Positions 29,109 through 39,252 of a stretch of 64,000 bases of DNA are shown in pieces. Under the pieces are notes generated by a model, which saw only the letters and a program-made list of their open reading frames with translations, searched no databases and was not told the origin of the DNA. The position numbers and the translations under genes are program-made. The stretch spans positions 544,001 through 608,000 of the forward strand of contig CAVSIV010000006.1 of the NCBI GenBank assembly GCA_963728205.1, in the 5' to 3' direction. How positions within the stretch are numbered: position 1 is the stretch's first letter; each line of letters begins with the position of its first letter. This DNA comes from an uncultured Chloroflexia bacterium. Lineage in GTDB: Bacteria > Chloroflexota > Dehalococcoidia > UBA2979.

Positions 29109-29804
29109 CTATTCCACCGTGAACGGCGTGTGCATGCCGGTCTGGTAGTGGTCGACCGTCGACCCGGCCTCGCCGGGGACGATCAGGCACGCCAGCTCGT
29201 ACTGCCCCGGCCGGAGGTCGACGAGGAACTGCGCCTCCTGCGCGGGCTTCAGCCCCTCGACGTCCGCCACCTCGTGCCTCTGGCCATCCGCGCCCACGGA
29301 CACGACGGCGAGTTCGTGCGTCATCGACGTCGACCGGTTGTGCGCGACGAAGAGGATGGTGCCGGCGGGCACGCTCTTGACGTCGGGCGTGACGGCCCAC
29401 TCCGTGAGGTCGACGTTGACCGTCGCGTCCGCGTCCTCGCCGGTCTGGCGGGCGGCCCCGGTCGGCGAGAGCTCGACGATCGTCGAGGGCCCGCCGGGGA
29501 TGTAGCACTTCACCTTCTGCGCGGTGCCGTCGGAGGGCATCGTGAAGTCGATCTTCCGGGTGCGGCCGTCCGGGACGAGCACCTCCTCGACCTTGGTGCC
29601 GTCCACGCCCTCGACCTCGCGGTCGGCGCCGGCCTCGTTCTTCACGACGATCGTCAGCCGCTCGCCGGCGGCCGCCTGGATCGACGTGGGGGCGCAGGCG
29701 TCGGCGTGCGCGACGATGTTCACCTCGCGTCCGCCGCCGCCGCTCGAGCACGCGGCCAGCGCGGCGGCGGCGAGCAGGACGAGCGCCGTTGTCGGCATCT
29801 TCAC
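29109..29804 (-). CDS. Lipoprotein with two cupredoxin-like domains (EfeO-like)
   Basis: Lipobox LAAC; first domain like the EfeO N-terminal domain (REVE, KCY); second has H..CLIVPGE..HYQTGM type-1 copper ligands; GTG 29804 after GGAAGGA. Confidence 0.78.
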   Translation of the reverse strand: MKMPTTALVLLAAAALAACSSGGGGREVNIVAHADACAPTSIQAAAGERLTIVVKNEAGADREVEGVDGTKVEEVLVPDGRTRKIDFTMPSDGTAQKVKCYIPGGPSTIVELSPTGAARQTGEDADATVNVDLTEWAVTPDVKSVPAGTILFVAHNRSTSMTHELAVVSVGADGQRHEVADVEGLKPAQEAQFLVDLRPGQYELACLIVPGEAGSTVDHYQTGMHTPFTVE

Positions 29805-29817
29805 GGTGGTGGTCCTT

Positions 29818-29913
29818 CCCACAGCGGCGGCAGACATGCCGCCGACCGAGCGCGGAGCACGTCCGCGGCTGGCGCCGCGTCCCCGTCGGCGGCATGTCTG
29901 CCGCCGCGGTGGG
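29818..29913. repeat. REP family A doublet between efeU and the efeO-like gene
   Basis: Inverted arms with diverged core. Confidence 0.85.
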
Positions 29914-29933
29914 ACGAGCTGTCTTGAGTCCAC

Positions 29934-30800
29934 CTACGCCGCGCCGGGCGAGTCGCCCCGCCGCGCCTCAGGCGCCGGCGCCGGCGCGCGGCGCGGGCCG
30001 CCGACGCCGGCGAGGAACGTCGTGAGCCCGACGGCCAGGTAGGCCCAGAACAGGACGATCTGGCCCCATGTCGGCGCCGGGTCGTAGCCGAGCAGCGTGT
30101 GCAGGAACTTCCCGCCGGTGGTGGTGATCGAGAGCAGCGCGTTCGTGTCCCATGGCCGCGCGCCGAGGTTCGAGATCACGCCGGAGACCTGCAGCGCGGC
30201 GATGCCGTTCGAGAGCAGGCCGGCGCCGATCACGAGCACGACGACGCCGGTGATCGTGAAGAACTGCCGGATCGGCAGCCGGTGCGACCCGCGGTAGACG
30301 CCGTACCCCAGCACCGCCGCGATCGCGAAGCCGGCCGCGCCGCCCGTCCAGAACAGCAGCCCCGACCCGCGCGAGGCGGTCGACCCGGCGAAGAGGAAGA
30401 GCGCCGTCTCGATGCCCTCGCGGATGACCGCGGAGAACGCGAGCCCGGCGAGCGCGAGCACGGAGCCGCCCTCGACGGCGACCTCGACCTGCGAGCGCAG
30501 CTCGCGGCCGATGCCAGCGGCCTGGCGGCGCATCCAGAACACCATCCAGGTGAGGACGCCGACGGCGACGAGCATCGTGCCGCCCTCGAACGCCTCCTGG
30601 GCGGCGCCCGAGAGCTCGGCGGCGGTGAACTGCAGGAAGACGACGACCGCGGCCGTGACGGCGACGGCCGCGGTCGTGCCGAGCCAGATCTCGCGGAAGT
30701 GCCGGCGGTTGCCGGTGCGCGCCAGGTAGCCCAGCACGATGGCGACGACGAGCGCGATCTCGAACCCCTCGCGCAGCGTGACGAGGAAGGAGAAGAGCAA
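29934..30800 (-). CDS. efeU: FTR1/EfeU iron permease
   Basis: Two RExxE motifs (LREGFE, IREGIE), 7 TM, WMVFWM, LLGYDPAP. Confidence 0.92.
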   Translation of the reverse strand: MLFSFLVTLREGFEIALVVAIVLGYLARTGNRRHFREIWLGTTAAVAVTAAVVVFLQFTAAELSGAAQEAFEGGTMLVAVGVLTWMVFWMRRQAAGIGRELRSQVEVAVEGGSVLALAGLAFSAVIREGIETALFLFAGSTASRGSGLLFWTGGAAGFAIAAVLGYGVYRGSHRLPIRQFFTITGVVVLVIGAGLLSNGIAALQVSGVISNLGARPWDTNALLSITTTGGKFLHTLLGYDPAPTWGQIVLFWAYLAVGLTTFLAGVGGPRRAPAPAPEARRGDSPGAA

Positions 30801-30866
30801 ACCGGCCCCCGCTCGGTTGCCGCGCGCCCTCGACGGGGCGCACGCGTTAGTCCCTGTGATGTTTCA

Positions 30867-30886
30867 AGATTAGGTGATCCTAATCT
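30867..30886. promoter_or_regulatory. DtxR/IdeR/MntR-family operator upstream of efeU
   Basis: Perfect palindrome AGATTAGG-TGAT-CCTAATCT in an AT-rich promoter patch. Confidence 0.8.
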
Positions 30887-30969
30887 CGACGTATAGTCTC
30901 CACGCTGACAAGGAATGAGTAGGGTCAGATGGACAGGGATGGTCTCGGCATTTTGGCGTAGCGGCGGCG

Positions 30970-31076
30970 GACTCCCCAAAGCGGCGGCAGACATGCCGCC
31001 GACAGAACGCGGACGCACGTCCGCGGCTGGCGCCGCGCCCCTGTCGGCGGCATGTCTGCCGCCGCTTTGGGGAGTC
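30970..31076. repeat. REP family A doublet downstream of dnaE2
   Basis: Arms extended by GACTCCCC/GGGGAGTC. Confidence 0.88.
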
Positions 31077-31089
31077 GCGCCGTGTCGGC

Positions 31090-34000
31090 CTACGCCCAGC
31101 TCTTGCCGCTCGGCGTGCGCAGCGCCTCGGACGGGAGCACCTCCGCGAGCGACTCGGCGATCAGCGTGCGCTGCTCGCCGGCACGCTTCTCCAGCACGCC
31201 ATGCACGCGCACGAACGCCGCGGCGCGCACCTCGTCGCGGTACTGCTCGGTCAGCTCGCGGCTCACCAGCACGTTGACCAGCCCGAACTCGTCCTCGAGC
31301 AGCAGGAAGATGATCCCCTTCGCGGTGAGCGGACGCTGGCGGCACACCACCAGGCCGGCCACGTCGACCCGCCGCCCGCCGGGCAGCGACCGCAGGTGGA
31401 GGCTCGACGCCACGCCCTCGCCGAGCGCCGGGCGCAGGAACTGCATCGGGTGGCTGTCGGGCGACAGCGACAGCAGCTCGTAGTCGGCGGCCATGCGCTG
31501 GTAGGGGTCGAAGTCCGGCAGCGACACCTCGTCCTGCGCGGTCGGCAGCGCGAGCCGCAGCTGCCGCTCCGCCTTCGGCCGGCGCAGCGCCGCCTGCGCG
31601 AGCCCGCCCCCGAGCAGCCCCAGCTGCCAGATCAGCTCGCGCCGGTTCAGCCCGAACGCGTCGAACGCGCCGACGCGCACGAGGTTCGTCGTCGCCCGCC
31701 GGCTCAGCCCCGTGCGCTGCATGAAGTCGAACAGCGAGCGAAACGGCGCGTCCTTGCCGTCCTCGCCGTCCTCGCCGTCTTCGCCGTCCGCGCCTCGCCG
31801 CGCCGCCTCGACCCGCGTCCCGCCGGCCTCGCCCACCCCCTGCACGTAGCCCAGCCCGACCCGGATCGCGTCCGGGCCCTCCGCGGTGCACACCGCGCGG
31901 CTGACGTTGACGTCGGGCCGCCGCACCTCCACCCCGTGCCGCTTCGCGTCGTTCGTCAGCACGTGCGGCGGGTAGAAGCCCATCGGCTGCTCGTTGAACA
32001 GCGCCGCCATGTACTCCGCCGGGTAGTGGTGCTTCAGCCACGTCGACTGGTACGCGAGCAGCGCGAACGCCGCCCCGTGGGACTTCGGGAAGCCGAACTC
32101 CGCGAACCCCGGCAGGTTGTCGAACACGTGCTCCGACGCCGACCGCGGCACCCCGCGCTCGTCCGCGCCGGCGAGGAAGCGCTCGCGGTAGCGCTCCATC
32201 GCCTCGTGCGAGCGCTTGCGGCTCATCGCCCGGCGGAACTGCTCGGCCTCGCCGGCGGTGAAGCCGGCCATCGCCTGGCGACCTGAGCACCTGCTCCTGG
32301 TAGATCACGACGCCGAGCGTCTCCTCGAGCGCCCCCCGCACGCACGGGTGGGGCACCTCCACCACGTAGTGCGGGTTCGTCCGCTGCTTCTCCCGGCGCC
32401 GCACGTACGGGTTCACCGCGCCGCCCACGATGGGCCCGGGGCGCACGATGGCCACCTGGATGGCCAGCTCCTCGAGGTTGCGCGGCTGCGTGCGCCGGAG
32501 CATCGGGATCTGCGCGCGGCTCTCCATCTGGAAGACCCCCACCTTGTCGCCGCGACAGATGCCGTCGTAGACCGCCTCGTCCTGGAAGTCGATGCGCGAG
32601 AGGTCGGCGATGTGCCCGCGCTCACGCGCGATGAGGTCCACCGCCTCCTCGACCAGCGAGAGCATCCCCAGCGCGAGGAAGTCGATCTTCACCATGCCCG
32701 CGTCGTCGATGGAGTCCTTGTCCCAGTGGCAGAGGTAGCGGTTCGGCCACGCCGCGGGCTGCACGGGACGAAGTCGATGAGCGGGTCCGACGAGATGACC
32801 ATCCCGCCCACGTGCTGCGAGATGTGCCGGGGAAGCCGGCGAGTACGTCGTCGGCCAGCTCGCCCAGCCGCGCGCGTGGAGCGGTCGGCGCCGCCCTCGA
32901 GCAGCGCGATCTCGTCGGCGAGCCCCGAGGCCGAACGTGCCGGCGAGCTTGGCCAGCTGGTCGAGCTCCCCCGCGGGCAGGCCCAGCGCCTTGCCGATGT
33001 CCCGCACCGCGCTGCGCAGGCGGTAGGTGGGGAAGATGCGACGAGCGCCGCGTGCTCCTTGCCGTACTGCTCGTAGACGCGCTCGATCAGCTGCTCGCGG
33101 ATGTCGCGCGGGAAGTCGAGGTCGATGTCCGGCAGCGAGTGCAGCGCCTCGTTGAGGAAGCGGCCGAGGAAGAGCTTGGTGCTCACCGGGTCGATGTGGG
33201 AGAGCCCGATCAGGTAGCAGATGATCGAGGACACCGACGATCCCCGGCCGCGTCCCGGCGGCAGCCCGTGACCGGGCGCGCGGGGGTCGGCCGCGGACCT
33301 CGCGCGCGACCTCCTTGGCGAGCTCGAAGATCTCGTGGTAGACCAGGAAGAAGCCGGCCAGCCCGTGCTGGTCGACGAGCTTCAGCTCTGTGTGCAGGCG
33401 AGGCTCCGCGTCGTGCGCGCTGCGCCGGCGGGTACTTGCGGCCGATCGCTCGCAGGCAGAGCCGCCAGCGTCTCGATCGCGCCGCCGTCCGCGACCGGCG
33501 GCGACGGCAGGACCGTAGCCCAGGTCCTCGGTCAGGTCGAAGGCGCAGCGTCGCGCGATGCGCACGTGTTGGTCGGCGCCTCCGGGTGGTACTCCGCGAA
33601 GCGGTGCGCATGCTCCGCGGGCGAGCGCAGGAAGAATCGGCGTTGGGGCGGCGCTCGCGGTGGCTCTCGTCCAGCGTCTTGCGGTTCTTGATCGAGACGA
33701 GCACGTCCTGCAGCCGGTAGCGGTCGCGCTCGTGGTAGTGCACGTCGCCGGTGGCCACCACCCCGACCCCGATGCGCTCCGCCAGCGCGACGAGCGCGCG
33801 GTTGCGCGGGCGGTCGCCGTACACGAGGTTGTCCTGCAGCTCCACGAAGACGTTGCCGGCGCCGTACCACGCGACGAGCTCGCGCAGCGCCGCCGCCGCC
33901 TCGTCGATCCGGCCCTCGGCGGCGAGCCGCGGCACGCGCCCCTCGCGGCAGCCGGTGAGGACGATCACGCCCTCGGCGTGCGCGGGCAGCTCGGCGACGG

Positions 34001-34602
34001 GCAGGCAGGGGTCGAGCCTCCGCTCCTCCTTCTCGACGGGCCCGTCCGCGCGCAGGCCGAAGGCGATGCTCGAGAGCCGGCTGAGGTTGGCGTAGCCGCG
34101 ACGCGTCTCGGCGAGCAGCGTGAGGTGCGAGCGCGTGCCGCCGGCGTCCGCGCCATCGCCCTCTGAGAATCGTCAGCTCGAGCCCGGTGATCGGCCGCAG
34201 CCCCGCCTCCTGCGCCGTGCGCGCGAACTCCATCGCGCCGAATAGCCCCTCGTGATCGGTGAGCGCGAGCGCGCGGTGGCCCTGCGCCGCCGCGGTCGCG
34301 AGCAGCTCGTCGATGTGCGACGCGCCGTCGAGCAGCGAGTAGTTCGAGTGGCAGTGCAGCTCGACGTACGGCACGGCGTCGAGCACCGACTCCGGCACGG
34401 GGTCCGTCGGCGAGCGCGGGGCGAGCGAGCGGGGGGTGTCCGGGGGGAGGTCGTCCCGGTCCACGATCCCGTTCGCGCTTCGGTCGACGCCTCCGTTCGG
34501 ACTTCCGTTCGCCCTGGGCGCAGTCGAAGAGCGTGTCCGCCCCTCGAAATGCTGCCACGGCTCCATGTAGCCGGGGCGTTCGTCGTGACGACCGCGGGTC
34601 AC
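31090..34602 (-). pseudogene. dnaE2: Error-prone DNA polymerase DnaE2 with roughly ten frameshifts (pseudogene or local assembly errors)
   Basis: PHP YVELHCHSNYSLLDGAS/TDH, GRGSS..SIICYLIG, PDIDLDF, QHVGG, WDKD..KIDFLALG, RPGPIVGG, FGFPKSH, QPMGFY, RQRPLTAKG..LEDE spread over different frames. Confidence 0.88.
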
Positions 34603-34698
34603 CGGGGAGCCTGCCTGCCGAAACAGGTAACCCTGCAGGAGTGCCTGTTATCCCTGAATGCCAATTCGTTAGACTGATTACGCTTGGAGGTGCCTTTC

Positions 34699-34968
34699 AT
34701 GGGAACCAACGTCGTGACCGTCTCCGAGAAGGGCGCCGTCGTCATCCCGAAGGAGATCCGCGAGCGATTCGGCATCTGTGCCGGAGACCGGATCCACGTC
34801 ATGGCCTGGGGCGAAGAAATCGTCCTGCTCAAGATCCCGCCCGGCGACCCGATCGAACGCGGGCTGGGGCTGCTCAAAGGCGGCTCGATGCAGCGCATCC
34901 TCGAGGACAAGCGCCGTGAGCTGGAGGAAGAGGAGCGGGACCTGCCACCGCCGCGCGCGCACGCATGA
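34699..34968 (+). CDS. AbrB/MazE-family antitoxin
   Basis: GGAGG RBS; VSEKGAVVIPKEIRERFGI.AGD. Confidence 0.88.
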   Translation: MGTNVVTVSEKGAVVIPKEIRERFGICAGDRIHVMAWGEEIVLLKIPPGDPIERGLGLLKGGSMQRILEDKRRELEEEERDLPPPRAHA

Positions 34969-35405
34969 CCGCACCGGCACCCGATCGCTTCGTTCTCGAT
35001 AGCTACGCAGTCCTCGCGTATCACCGCATGGAGCCCGGTGCTTCCGCGGTGCGCGATCTGCTGCGCCGAGCCGCCGACGGACACGCGTCGCTCTCGATGG
35101 CGGTCGTGAACATGGGCGAGGTCTACTACCGCACCGTCCGAGAGCTCGGGGCCCCCGCAGGAGTCCGCGCGCTGCGCGACTTCGTGGACTACCCCATCAC
35201 GCTCGTTGACGTCAATCGCGATCTCGCCCTGGCCGGCGCCCTGCTCAAGGGCGAGCATCCCATCTCCTACGCCGACTGCATCGCCGCGGCGCTCGCGCAG
35301 CGGCTGGACGCCGCGGTCGTCACGGGCGACCGCGACTTCGCGCGCCTCGAGCACCTCGTGCGCGTGGAGTGGCTGCCGGCGGACGGGCCGGCCGGGGCGA
35401 CCTAG
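34965..35405 (+). CDS. vapC: PIN-domain toxin
   Basis: ATGA overlap; FVLDSYA, NMGEVYY, ISYADC, VVTGDRDF. Confidence 0.9.
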   Translation: MTAPAPDRFVLDSYAVLAYHRMEPGASAVRDLLRRAADGHASLSMAVVNMGEVYYRTVRELGAPAGVRALRDFVDYPITLVDVNRDLALAGALLKGEHPISYADCIAAALAQRLDAAVVTGDRDFARLEHLVRVEWLPADGPAGAT

Positions 35406-35692
35406 TAGCGCTGCTCGTACCACTGCCCGTCCTCGTCGTCGCGGAAGAGGGTGAGCGGGCGGCCGCCCGCGAGGATCACGCGGAAGTAGGTGCGCGCGAG
35501 CCCCTCGCCCGACGGCGACGGCCGCCACCAGGCCTCGGCCACGCGCCAGGCCTCGTCAATCTGCTCGACGGGGAGGACGTCGCCTGCGCCGCCGCGGGTG
35601 TCGCGCGCGACCGCCAGCGGCAGGCCGTCCGCGTCGGCGCGCACGCGGAGCGGGCGGGGAAGGCCGAGGGGGCGGAGCGAAGGGCGAGTCAC
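35402..35692 (-). CDS. Stand-alone ImuB C-terminal-like (DUF6504-like) protein
   Basis: PRPLRV..GLP..VEQIDEAWRVAEAWW..RTYFRV..LTLFRD..WY; GTG 35692 after GGGGAGG (alternative ATG 35881). Confidence 0.75.
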   Translation of the reverse strand: MTRPSLRPLGLPRPLRVRADADGLPLAVARDTRGGAGDVLPVEQIDEAWRVAEAWWRPSPSGEGLARTYFRVILAGGRPLTLFRDDEDGQWYEQRY

Positions 35693-35725
35693 TGGGCACC
35701 TCCCCTGCCGTGCTGCTGCAGGTCC

Positions 35726-35815
35726 AAAGCGGCGGCAGATATGCCGCCGACAGGACGCGGACGCAGTCCGCGGCTGGCGCCGCGCTTCTGTCGGCGGCAT
35801 ATCTGCCGCCGCTTT
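35726..35815. repeat. REP family A 90-nt doublet
   Basis: Identical to 3531-3620. Confidence 0.9.
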
Positions 35816-35881
35816 GACGTTCCGACGAGGCCTGAAGCCCTTCGACAGGCTCAGGACGGGCTCTGGCCGCGCATCGGTCAT

Positions 35882-37174
35882 TCATGCCTCGTAGTCCATC
35901 AACGCGTACCGCCGCTCCGGGAGGCGGCTCCACGGCTCGACGCACACCATGCGCGCGACCGGCGACGTGCCGTAGCGCACCTTCAGGTGGCGCACCATCT
36001 CGTCGAGCTGCTCGCGGCGGCGCGCGCGCTCGGTGAACAGGCTCTGCTGGCGCGCGCTCTCCGCGGTCAGCCCGCCCAGCTCCAGCTCGAGCAGCGCGAC
36101 CGGGCCGGGGTAGTCCGCGTGCTCGAGCAGCGGGCGGATCGTCGTCCACAGGCGGTCGCGGTCGCCGGTCGGCTCCTTCAGCGTCTGCTCGCGCTCCCAG
36201 AGGCGGTCGTCCTCGGTGGTCGCGCGCAGGCGCAGCACGCGCACGAAGCGGCGCGCCGCGGCCGGCCGCCGCAGCGCTCGGCCGAGCAGCTGCTCCGCGG
36301 AGCGCGCCACCGACTCGCGGCTGACCAGCGGCGGGTCGGCCTGCGCGTGCTCGAGGATCCGCTCGCGCGCGAAGGGGTCCGGGCGCAGCGGCGACGGATC
36401 CTCGCCGCGCGCGGCGAGCCACGCGGCGCCGCCGGCCGGGCCGAACTGCGCCTCCACCGCGTGGCGCGGCAGGTCCGCCAGCGCGCCGAGCGTGCGCAGC
36501 CCGAGCAGCCGCAGATGATCGAGCGACTCCGCCGGCAGCGGCAGCCAGTCCGCCGGCAGGCGCGCGAGAAAGCCGGCGGCCGCGCCGGCGTCGTCGACCC
36601 GCAGCGCCGCGCCGGGCTCCGCCGCGCGCGCGGCGGCGGTCGCGGTGAAGCGCGCGCCGGCGATCCCGAGGCGCGGCCAGAACGCGGCAGGAATGCCGGG
36701 GAGGGACGCGCGCGGTCGCGCCTCCGCCGGTGCCGGCGATTCCGCCGGCGATTCCGCCGGCGAACGAGCCCCGAGCGGCCCCAGGATCGCCGCCTCCACG
36801 TCCCCGGCCCGCGGGTAGAGCGCCTCCGTCCCGCGCAGGTCCGCGTACAGCAGCGCATCCCCCGCGCTCGCCTCCGCCAGCGACGGCGTCTCCACCAGCG
36901 GGCTCACCGCCCCGAGCACCGCGGTCAGCCGCGCCAGCGCACGCGCCACCCGCGCCGCCCGCGGCTCGAGCACCGTCAGCGCCGGGCAGTACGCCGCCGC
37001 CTCGCGCAGCGTCATCCCCGCCCGCACCCCGCGCACCGCCGCCTGCGGCGTGGCGTCGACCACCCGCAGCCCCCGCTCGTCGCTCAGCGCGACGGGCGCC
37101 TCCGCGAGCGCGGGCCGTCGCCCCAGCTCACAGGCGAGCGCGAGAGACGGAACCAGCAGACAGGCAATCTTCAT
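35882..37174 (-). CDS. imuB: ImuB, catalytically inactive Y-family polymerase
   Basis: GVRAGMTLREA..CP, LGLRTLGALADLP..FG, QQSLF clamp-binding motif, SRLPERR; catalytic acidic residues absent. Confidence 0.88.
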   Translation of the reverse strand: MKIACLLVPSLALACELGRRPALAEAPVALSDERGLRVVDATPQAAVRGVRAGMTLREAAAYCPALTVLEPRAARVARALARLTAVLGAVSPLVETPSLAEASAGDALLYADLRGTEALYPRAGDVEAAILGPLGARSPAESPAESPAPAEARPRASLPGIPAAFWPRLGIAGARFTATAAARAAEPGAALRVDDAGAAAGFLARLPADWLPLPAESLDHLRLLGLRTLGALADLPRHAVEAQFGPAGGAAWLAARGEDPSPLRPDPFARERILEHAQADPPLVSRESVARSAEQLLGRALRRPAAARRFVRVLRLRATTEDDRLWEREQTLKEPTGDRDRLWTTIRPLLEHADYPGPVALLELELGGLTAESARQQSLFTERARRREQLDEMVRHLKVRYGTSPVARMVCVEPWSRLPERRYALMDYEA

Positions 37175-37208
37175 GGCATGCCCCCGCCAAGAGGCATGCC
37201 GATGCTAG

Positions 37209-37224
37209 TAGAACACCAGTTCTA
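37209..37224. promoter_or_regulatory. LexA (SOS) box
   Basis: TAGAAC-ACCA-GTTCTA, the GAAC-N4-GTTC type, 35 nt upstream of imuB. Confidence 0.88.
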
Positions 37225-37243
37225 TTTCAAGGGGCGGGCGTCC

Positions 37244-37627
37244 TCAGCAGGCGACGACCGCGGCGCGCACGCCGGCCGCCGCGACGAGCCGCTCGAGGTC
37301 GCCGGCATCGCTCGTCAGGATCCGATCGCCCGCGCCGGCCACGAGCACGACCGTCGCGTCGATTGGGTCGTCCGTGCCGGCTCGCCCGACGAGCACGCCC
37401 GCGTCCGGGCCGAGCCGCGCGTCGACCGGGCGCACGTCGACGGCGCGCAGCAGCCGCGCGAGCTGCACCTGCCGTCCCGCGGGGTCGCGCCACACCTGAC
37501 CGACGACGATCGCACTCGTGCGCAGGTCGAGCCCATGCCGCTCCGCGGCGCGCAGACGCGCAATCATCGCGCGGTCGTCGCGATCGACGGCGATGAATGC
37601 CCCGGCGTCCAGGACAAGCGCGCTCAC
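37244..37627 (-). CDS. PIN-domain toxin
   Basis: GTG overlapping the antitoxin stop; LVLDAGAFIA..VVGQVWR..DPIDA..ILTSD..DL. Confidence 0.85.
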   Translation of the reverse strand: MSALVLDAGAFIAVDRDDRAMIARLRAAERHGLDLRTSAIVVGQVWRDPAGRQVQLARLLRAVDVRPVDARLGPDAGVLVGRAGTDDPIDATVVLVAGAGDRILTSDAGDLERLVAAAGVRAAVVAC

Positions 37628-37869
37628 GTCGACGGCACGCGACCCGGCAGCCCGAGCTCGGCTTCGGCCCGCTCCAGCTCGGCGGCCGTCAGCGGCCCGT
37701 GCGCGATCTCCCACCCGCCGAGGAACTCGCTCAGCGCCTCGGCACGCAGCTTCGCGGCCGCGGCCTCGGCCAGCCACGCCGAGAGACCCCGCCCGGACTG
37801 CTCGGCGGCTCGCCGGACCTCGTCGCCCAGCTCGGCTTCGAGCGAGATGCTCATCTTGTCGACCTTCAT
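37624..37869 (-). CDS. RHH-type antitoxin (leaderless)
   Basis: KMSISL..VRRAA..GLSAWLAEAA..WEIAHGPLT..E; TATGAT 6 nt before ATG. Confidence 0.82.
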   Translation of the reverse strand: MKVDKMSISLEAELGDEVRRAAEQSGRGLSAWLAEAAAAKLRAEALSEFLGGWEIAHGPLTAAELERAEAELGLPGRVPST

Positions 37870-37875
37870 GGTGCA

Positions 37876-37908
37876 ATCATACCACGGTATGACATACCGC
37901 GGTATGAT
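37876..37908. promoter_or_regulatory. Tandem palindromic TA operator overlapping the -10
   Basis: CATACC-AC-GGTATG and CATACC-GC-GGTATG. Confidence 0.75.
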
Positions 37909-38124
37909 TCGCGGCCGGCCGTATCAACCGGCGCGAACACCCTGCCGCCGCCCCGCTCATGATGCGCACCCTCCTCCGCCGCTCCCGTGCGCTCACCGGG
38001 ACAGGAGAGCGCCGGAACGAGCGGATCCGATCGCAGGCGAACAGGGAGCGTCCGCGGGCGCCACCGCCGACGCGGCCGGGCTAGGATGCCGCCATCCCGG
38101 CCGCCTCGCGAGAAGGATCGCCCC

Positions 38125-39123
38125 ATGACCACCGCCGCCGACTGGCTCGCCCTCACCCACGAAGAGGCGCTCGAACCGGACCTGCCGATCATCGACCCGC
38201 ACCACCACTTCTGGGACCGGCCGAACAACCGCTACGTCCTCGAGGACCTGGCCGCCGACGTCGCCGATCACCGCGTGCGCCAGACCGTCTTCATCGAGTG
38301 CACCTCGATGTACCGCGCCGACGGCCCCGACGAGTTCCGCGTCGTCGGCGAGACCGAGTTCGTGCAGGGGCTCGCCGCGGTGAGCGCGAGCGGCCGCTAC
38401 GGCGACCTCCGCGCCGCGGCCGGCATCGTCGGGAGCGCCGACCTGCGGCTGGGCGACCGCGTCGTGCCCGTGCTCGAGGCGCAGATCGCCGCCGCCCCGC
38501 AGCGCTTCCGCGGCATCCGCCATCGCGCCGCCTGGGCCGAGCCGGGCGTCCTGCCGAACCAGCCGGCGAGCCTGCAGCCGCATGTCCTGGTCGACCCGGA
38601 CTTCCGCCGCGGCTTCGCCCACCTGCGCCGCTACGCACTCGTCTTCGAGGCCTGGCTCTACCACCCGCAGCTGCCCGAGCTGATCGACCTCGCGCGCGCG
38701 TTCCCGGACACGACGATCGTCCTCAACCACCTCGGCGGTCCGATCGGCGTCGGCCCCTACGCCGGCCGGCGCGACGAGATCCTCCCGGCATGGAAGCGCG
38801 ACATCGCCGAGCTCGCGCGCTGCCCCAACGTGGTTGCGAAGGTCGGCGGCATCCAGATGGTCGTGAACGGCTACGGCTGGCACGAGCGCGAGCGCCCGCC
38901 CACCTCCGACGAGCTGCTCGCCGCGAACCGCGACTGGTACCTCCACACGATCGAGCAGTTCGGCCCGGACCGCTGCATGTTCGAGAGCAACTTCCCGGTC
39001 GACCGGCTGTCGTGCTCGTACACCGTGCTGTGGAACCAGTTCAAGAAGCTGACGCGCGACTTCTCGCCCGGCGAGCGCGCCGCGATGTTCCACGACACGG
39101 CGGCGCGCGTATACCGGATCTGA
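38125..39123 (+). CDS. Amidohydrolase family protein
   Basis: IIDPHHHFWD, FRGIRH, LNHLGGP, FGPDRCMFESNFPVD. Confidence 0.92.
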   Translation: MTTAADWLALTHEEALEPDLPIIDPHHHFWDRPNNRYVLEDLAADVADHRVRQTVFIECTSMYRADGPDEFRVVGETEFVQGLAAVSASGRYGDLRAAAGIVGSADLRLGDRVVPVLEAQIAAAPQRFRGIRHRAAWAEPGVLPNQPASLQPHVLVDPDFRRGFAHLRRYALVFEAWLYHPQLPELIDLARAFPDTTIVLNHLGGPIGVGPYAGRRDEILPAWKRDIAELARCPNVVAKVGGIQMVVNGYGWHERERPPTSDELLAANRDWYLHTIEQFGPDRCMFESNFPVDRLSCSYTVLWNQFKKLTRDFSPGERAAMFHDTAARVYRI

Positions 39124-39252
39124 GTCCCCCCTGCCGGCGCCGCCAACCCAAAGCGGCGGCAGATATGCCGCCGACAGAACGGCGGCGCCATGCCGCCGCT
39201 CTCTCACCGCCAGCCCACCCACTATCATCCGGCCCCGAGAACGGAGCCGCCG

